The notes under the pieces: model-generated
Told to the model about the DNA's origin: nothing
What the model saw: only the letters and a program-made list of their open reading frames with translations
The model's database searches: none
Program-made: the position numbers and the translations under genes
Shown here: one piece after another, positions 24,273 to 29,000 of the stretch
How positions within the stretch are numbered: the stretch's first letter is position 1
How the letters are laid out: each line of letters begins with the position of its first letter
Source: a virus
Lineage: Duplodnaviria > Caudoviricetes
Virus record (IMG/VR): IMGVR_UViG_3300031519_000154
Coordinates: 1-29,000 of that record
Direction: 5' to 3' (one strand)
Length of the DNA: 29,000 bases

Positions 24273-25989
24273 TCCAATTTACTCCTGTCTTGTATTCACC
24301 GTCCAATGGACAACGAAGATTAAAGTATTCTCCTGCCTTTACTATACTGTCTACGGCTAATCCTCCTACGAAATCAGCTTGACTTTCTTTTACTTCTATC
24401 TGCCATTCATCGTGAATGTTGGCTACGAATTTGTATTCTATGTTGTTTAATTTTAACACATCATCTAGGATTACTAAAGCTTTCTTCATAACTATAGCAC
24501 CTGCTCCTTGTAGTAAAGTGTTCAATGCTGAATGTTGGTTACGAACATAAAGCTTCCTACCATCTAATCCTTTGAGGTATTTTTTTGCTGAAGCTCTTTG
24601 CACTCTGTCTCTAAGAGACTTAAATGTAGGCTTATTATCAAAGAAATATTGTCTAGCTCTCTTACCATCTGCTGTACTTCCTCCGACCACTTTACCAAGC
24701 TTCTCATCTCCTGCTCCGTACATGAGTGCATAGATGAATGTCTTTGCCTTATCTCTTGATTCAAGTTTTGCAAGTTGCTGATTAGCTGTGTGGATATCTC
24801 CGTTGAGTATTTCATTTGTGTATTCCTCGTCATTCATATAGTGTGCTAACATTCTAATCTCAAGACCAGAAGCATCAACACCTAATAGAACATTGTTATC
24901 TTCAACAATCCAACAAGCTCTACACTCTTTACCATAAGGGCTATGAGAGCTAGGAACTTGTGCCATGTTGGGGTTTCTATGTGTCATACGTCCGGTGATA
25001 GCACCATTAGGTATGACGAATCCATGAACTCTTTCATCTTCTTCAGTAGCTTCTATCCAAGAATCAATCTGGGCTATACGCTTTTGAAGTAATAAGAATT
25101 GTGCTATAAGATTAGCTTCATGTATGTGTGTGATTTGTGATAGAGTTTTCTCATCTACTATTGGTTGACCTGTAGGTGTAAACCTATCTGGCTTCCAACC
25201 AAAGTCAATAAGATATTCTCCAATCTGTTTACGACTACCTAAATTAAAATCAACTAACTGTTGTCTCATAAAGGAATTCATATTTTGTGTAGTAATACAT
25301 CTGTCATACTCATCATCGGTAAGACCACGCTTAGATAACTCTCCGTCTTTCTTTATGTAAGGAGTTACTAACTTATCGTCTACCCATTTAGGTTTAAATG
25401 TATTATGAACTTCATCTTCTATTGCTTGTTTCTTTTCTCTAAGTTCAGCAAGTAAAAGTAAACCATGTTGAGTATCAAACTTAAATCCGTTTACCTCTTG
25501 TTGTTTTATAATCTTGCTTACTCTTTGTTCAAGCTCTACAGATTGTTTATCAAAACCTTTACTTTCTTTTCTTAGTTCTTTTAATACTACTGTATTAAGT
25601 TCAACATCACGAACACAATAGTTCATCATGTCTTCAGAGTAATTAAGGTAGTCAGAAAATTCTATCTTATGATAGCCTAACTTATATCCCCACTTCTCTA
25701 GGCTGTGTCCACCTTCTCTAGCTGGATTGAATAGTCTGGATAAAACAAGAGTATCTATTACAGGAATAGAAGACAGGTCAACATCACTAAACTTATGTAC
25801 CATTGGTATATCAAAGCCTATGATGTTATGACCTATCAAAGTATCTGCTGTTGTTAGAAACTTATAACCTTCTTGTAGTTTATCAGGTGGAAATTTATAT
25901 ATCTCCTCTGTGTTTAAGTCTTGAGCAACAATGCAATGAATTAAAGTTGCGTCAAGGTCATCTGTTTCTATATCAAATACTAATTGCAT
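24259..25989 (-). CDS. polA: Family A DNA polymerase (T7 gp5-like) with 3'-5' exonuclease
   Basis: Exo FDIETD, GHNIIGFD, YCVRD; pol TGRMTH..PN.AQVP, motif A DASGLE.R, motif B RDKAKTFIYALMYG, motif C IHDE. Confidence 0.95.
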   Translation of the reverse strand: MQLVFDIETDDLDATLIHCIVAQDLNTEEIYKFPPDKLQEGYKFLTTADTLIGHNIIGFDIPMVHKFSDVDLSSIPVIDTLVLSRLFNPAREGGHSLEKWGYKLGYHKIEFSDYLNYSEDMMNYCVRDVELNTVVLKELRKESKGFDKQSVELEQRVSKIIKQQEVNGFKFDTQHGLLLLAELREKKQAIEDEVHNTFKPKWVDDKLVTPYIKKDGELSKRGLTDDEYDRCITTQNMNSFMRQQLVDFNLGSRKQIGEYLIDFGWKPDRFTPTGQPIVDEKTLSQITHIHEANLIAQFLLLQKRIAQIDSWIEATEEDERVHGFVIPNGAITGRMTHRNPNMAQVPSSHSPYGKECRACWIVEDNNVLLGVDASGLEIRMLAHYMNDEEYTNEILNGDIHTANQQLAKLESRDKAKTFIYALMYGAGDEKLGKVVGGSTADGKRARQYFFDNKPTFKSLRDRVQRASAKKYLKGLDGRKLYVRNQHSALNTLLQGAGAIVMKKALVILDDVLKLNNIEYKFVANIHDEWQIEVKESQADFVGGLAVDSIVKAGEYFNLRCPLDGEYKTGVNWSETH

Positions 25990-27656
25990 TAGAATAATTC
26001 ATCAAGGGTTGCATCAAATTCTATATCTTTATCAGATACCTCAGACAATCTGCCTGTTTCTGAATCATATACAACACTACATGCCATACCTACGTCCCCT
26101 GTGTATCTTGATTTAAGAACACGAAGTTTAGTTGTCCTAGCTTCTTCAACATCATCTGATTGTTGATTCCTTTCTAATGCTATAACACAATCACTAAGCT
26201 GTCCGATACTGTTAGAACCTCTAAGATGAGATAGAGAAACCTCTATACCATTCTCATGTCCTTTGTTACCATCAACTCTACGTAAGTGTGAAACTAAAAT
26301 GATACCAGCACCTGTCTCTTCTACTAAACTTCTAAGCCTAGTCATAATAGAATCAATAGCACGTCTCTCATCTCCTTCATGGACGGCACTAACTAACATA
26401 TGTAAATGGTCTACTACCACCCACTTGCAGTCGCATCCTATAATCATAAAGCGAAGCTTAGTAAAGATGTCATCAATGTCATTCGTTCCAAAGTGTGAAT
26501 GCACCCATACTCTATTACGATTATCTCCGTCATAAAGTATATCAAACATCTTATCAAGTTCTTCTTTAGAAAATCTATCTCTTACTTGGTCAACATATAA
26601 CCTAGCGTTAGCTTCAATAGATAGGATACCATCAATGGTTCTTCTCCAATCTTCTTCTAGTGCTATGATACCTACGTTATCTTCAGTATTTTTAATAAGA
26701 TGATGTTCAAGTTCTCTAGTTACACTAGACTTACCAAGACCTGTACCACCTGTAAGTGTTACAAGTTCTCCCTGTCTAAGTCCATATAGCTTCTTGTTTA
26801 ATCCTTCATAAGGATAAGGGACACTCTCTTTCCTTTCACGATTGTGAAACTTTTCTCGTTGTTCTGAAACATTTATAACACCAGAGGGTGTATAAATTTT
26901 AGAAGCCCACCAACATTCAACAAACTCTTTATGTCTGTTAGAACGTAGCATATCGTTAGGGTCTTTGAAGCCATGAGGTAGTGTAAGTATCTTAGCCTTT
27001 CCGGGTTTGAAAAGTCTAGCAACTTTAATAGATGCTTCCTTTCCTGCCTTGTCATTATCAAAAGCTACGATAACATTTTCAAACTCATCAAAGAACTCTA
27101 AGCTTTCCTTGATATCTTTGACTGCTCCCTGTGCACCACGCTTGATAGATACTACTGCCCACTTAGAACCTAGCAGTTCATAAGCTGACATAGCATCACA
27201 CTCGCCTTCGGTTATGGTAACGTACTTGCCACCCTTAAATAATTGTTGACCAAATAAACCTGTATCGTTATAAGTTCCAGAGACAAAGAAGTCTTTAGTT
27301 ACTACGTTACGATACTTGGTAGCTGATAGCTCATGCCCATTGTAATATGGGTACATATGCTTAACTACATTTCCTTTTAGGTCATGTACGCATTTGACTC
27401 CATACTTAGTAGCAGTAGATTGAGATATTTTCCTATCTGTAAGAGGTGAAAATTTCCCTTCGTCTACCATATCAGGTTTCTTGGTCGGTGTTGTTGTTGC
27501 TGTTTGCATATTCTTTCCTCCACATGCATCGGTATAACTAGGCATAAACTCACCACAACTAAAACACTTTGCTGAATCGTCTTCGTTGATTCCAACAGCA
27601 TCACTACTGTTGCAAAGTGGACAGGGTTGATGTAGCTTATCCCATGTTTTATCCAT
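25989..27656 (-). CDS. Primase-helicase (T7 gp4-like: Zn-binding, TOPRIM, SF4 helicase)
   Basis: CPLC..CFSC, ITEGECDA, FDND, Walker A GGTGLGKS, VDHL, SHLRR, LRGS.SI.QLSD; start 27656 (GAGG RBS) or 27668. Confidence 0.95.
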   Translation of the reverse strand: MDKTWDKLHQPCPLCNSSDAVGINEDDSAKCFSCGEFMPSYTDACGGKNMQTATTTPTKKPDMVDEGKFSPLTDRKISQSTATKYGVKCVHDLKGNVVKHMYPYYNGHELSATKYRNVVTKDFFVSGTYNDTGLFGQQLFKGGKYVTITEGECDAMSAYELLGSKWAVVSIKRGAQGAVKDIKESLEFFDEFENVIVAFDNDKAGKEASIKVARLFKPGKAKILTLPHGFKDPNDMLRSNRHKEFVECWWASKIYTPSGVINVSEQREKFHNRERKESVPYPYEGLNKKLYGLRQGELVTLTGGTGLGKSSVTRELEHHLIKNTEDNVGIIALEEDWRRTIDGILSIEANARLYVDQVRDRFSKEELDKMFDILYDGDNRNRVWVHSHFGTNDIDDIFTKLRFMIIGCDCKWVVVDHLHMLVSAVHEGDERRAIDSIMTRLRSLVEETGAGIILVSHLRRVDGNKGHENGIEVSLSHLRGSNSIGQLSDCVIALERNQQSDDVEEARTTKLRVLKSRYTGDVGMACSVVYDSETGRLSEVSDKDIEFDATLDELF

Positions 27657-27680
27657 GTTAGCCCTCATTAATATATGTAA

Positions 27681-27950
27681 TTAAGATTCGTCTGTTGACT
27701 CTTCTTCTACAACTACTTCTTCTTCAACAGGTTCTGCTGGTTCTTCTACCATAGCTTCTTCACTGTTTTGAAGTAGTATGGTTAGATTGTTTTGATGTGT
27801 ATCAGAGGCAAAGTTAAGTGCTTCAACTACTACATTCAGTGTACCTATTTTACTAATCATAGTATTAGCTTCGTTCTTATTGTTATCATCTTCTATCATA
27901 GAAGTATTATAAGTAACAGTACCATCATCTTTTCTAATAGTTATAATCAT
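27681..27950 (-). CDS. Hypothetical protein with Glu-rich C-terminus
   Basis: 89 aa; starts 1 nt after the ssb stop, GAGG RBS. Confidence 0.6.
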   Translation of the reverse strand: MIITIRKDDGTVTYNTSMIEDDNNKNEANTMISKIGTLNVVVEALNFASDTHQNNLTILLQNSEEAMVEEPAEPVEEEVVVEEESTDES

Positions 27951-27951
27951 A

Positions 27952-28365
27952 TTAAAATTCCTCGTTGTCTGAACTTGCTTCAGAGTATTCTACTAAATCA
28001 GTAACCTTCACAGCTATTAACTCTGCAAACGTACCATACTTTCCTGTATAGGGTTTAATCTTTACAGTAACACCAGAGCCATTACCAACATTAACATCTA
28101 AGTCTGTGCCTTCTGCATCAACTAACTTAGGTGCTGGATTGGTTGTCCCGTCATGCTTCTCTACCTTTCTACTGAATGAGAATGCTGGTTCGTCATACTT
28201 AGGTTGACCATCTCTGGTTCTGACCTGTGCTAAACCAATACCCTCTAATCTAGTAGCAGTATCCGTATCTGTCAACACCACTATTCCATACTTATGTGGT
28301 TCAAACTTAGTGTTTGGTGTGCTGACATTTGCCCACATAGCTTTTCCTTCTATATACTCATACAT
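27952..28365 (-). CDS. ssb: Single-stranded DNA-binding protein (T7 gp2.5-like OB fold)
   Basis: G...WA....P, P.LVD.......VGNGS.V.V, L.AV.V.DLVEY, acidic tail ending in Phe (DNEEF); GGAGG RBS; upstream of primase-helicase. Confidence 0.8.
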   Translation of the reverse strand: MYEYIEGKAMWANVSTPNTKFEPHKYGIVVLTDTDTATRLEGIGLAQVRTRDGQPKYDEPAFSFSRKVEKHDGTTNPAPKLVDAEGTDLDVNVGNGSGVTVKIKPYTGKYGTFAELIAVKVTDLVEYSEASSDNEEF

Positions 28366-28401
28366 ATTGTTTTCCTCCGTTGGATTTAATTATGTTTAAA
28401 G

Positions 28402-28430
28402 ATTGTAACACATCTATTTTTTAGATGCAA
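28402..28430 (-). promoter_or_regulatory. Sigma70-type promoter upstream of ssb, with an inverted repeat over the spacer and -35
   Basis: TTGCAT-17 nt-TACAAT with extended -10 TG; CATCTA-N5-TAGATG at 28411-28427. Confidence 0.62.
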
Positions 28431-28662
28431 CTCTCTTTGCTCTTCTTCTTGCGTTGTTCCTATCCCTTGTAAATTGAATAGAGGATTGCAAGTCTTCCCA
28501 TAGTTCATCAAGTGCTTGTTTCTTTTGTTCTTTGTTAAGTCTTGTAACGATTTTGATATCAGACTTCTTAGGTATCCAAGTATCCCAATAGGCTTTGTCC
28601 ATGTCTTTCCATGTCCAACCTATCTCTTTGTCTAGTGTTGTTGATTTAAAATATAGATTCAT
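28414..28662 (-). CDS. Hypothetical early protein (Trp-rich, basic C-terminus)
   Basis: 82 aa, GAGG RBS. Confidence 0.65.
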   Translation of the reverse strand: MNLYFKSTTLDKEIGWTWKDMDKAYWDTWIPKKSDIKIVTRLNKEQKKQALDELWEDLQSSIQFTRDRNNARRRAKRVASKK

Positions 28663-28676
28663 AGTAACCCTCGTGT

Positions 28677-28700
28677 TAAAAAGGAGTTTTTACACTCCTT
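28677..28700 (-). terminator. Putative intrinsic terminator/attenuator
   Basis: Minus strand AAGGAGT-gtaaaa-ACTCCTT followed by TTT, just after the 28706 stop. Confidence 0.55.
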
Positions 28701-28705
28701 AATTT

Positions 28706-28900
28706 TTAAATTTTTGATAAGATATAATCTAAGTCTAATTTATAATTTTTATTTATAATTTTATTTTTAGTTTTATTCCATTTCTCACCGTACACATTTC
28801 CTTGCTTAGTTATCTTTGTAGTTATAAAGACAGCAGTTCCATGACCGTAATGGTTTCCACCATGTTTGATAAAAAATTTATCGTTTGTATTTATTTTCAT
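28706..28900 (-). CDS. Hypothetical early protein (64 aa, Lys-rich)
   Basis: GGAGG RBS; directly downstream of a strong promoter. Confidence 0.65.
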   Translation of the reverse strand: MKINTNDKFFIKHGGNHYGHGTAVFITTKITKQGNVYGEKWNKTKNKIINKNYKLDLDYILSKI

Positions 28901-28927
28901 ATAGCCCTCCGACTTGTTTGAAAATAT

Positions 28928-28956
28928 ATTATAACATATCTAATTTTGAAAGTCAA
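28928..28956 (-). promoter_or_regulatory. Strong sigma70-type promoter
   Basis: TTGACT-ttcaaaattagatatgt(17)-TATAAT with extended -10 TG. Confidence 0.78.
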
Positions 28957-29000
28957 GGGGTACTTTAAAGTGATACCCAGCACTCGAACATTATCTTTTA

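Noticed and set aside
18610-27656. Intron or intein in nrdA, nrdB, polymerase or helicase
   Set aside because: All are continuous and of normal or compact length; no intein termini seen.
20209-28004. Alternative-frame or antisense ORFs within nrdA, nuclease, polymerase and primase genes (e.g. 20209-20640, 20264-20692, 21223-21576, 24564-24833, 26263-26535, 27792-28004)
   Set aside because: Nested in conserved genes with no protein-like motifs; no evidence of frameshift or split genes.
28391-28413. Possible CRP box near the ssb promoter (TGT...ACA)
   Set aside because: Spacing and half-sites do not fit TGTGA-N6-TCACA.

Overview
AT-rich segment of a tailed dsDNA phage genome (T7-like replication module, podovirus-type architecture, probably marine), in two convergent arms meeting at ~18.4 kb. 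Plus arm (1-18415): 3' end of a tail fibre with an S74 autocleaving chaperone, small tail/membrane genes, five probable internal-virion/ejection proteins (1003, 347, 199, 547, 1555 aa) and small holin-like membrane genes. It ends with a tightly overlapped cassette: csgF-like, csgG, secreted curlin-like beta-solenoid, FecR-domain protein, and CHASE2/class III adenylate cyclase. Minus arm (29000->18399): sigma70-type promoters, SSB, T7 gp4-like primase-helicase, family A DNA polymerase, HNH endonuclease, two PD-(D/E)XK nucleases, endonuclease I, DUF3310, and class Ia ribonucleotide reductase. The best candidate for an undescribed system is the curli-pore/curlin/FecR/CHASE2-cyclase cassette, which looks like a phage-encoded trans-envelope cAMP signalling device. 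Family calls come from motif recognition by eye; no searches were run.
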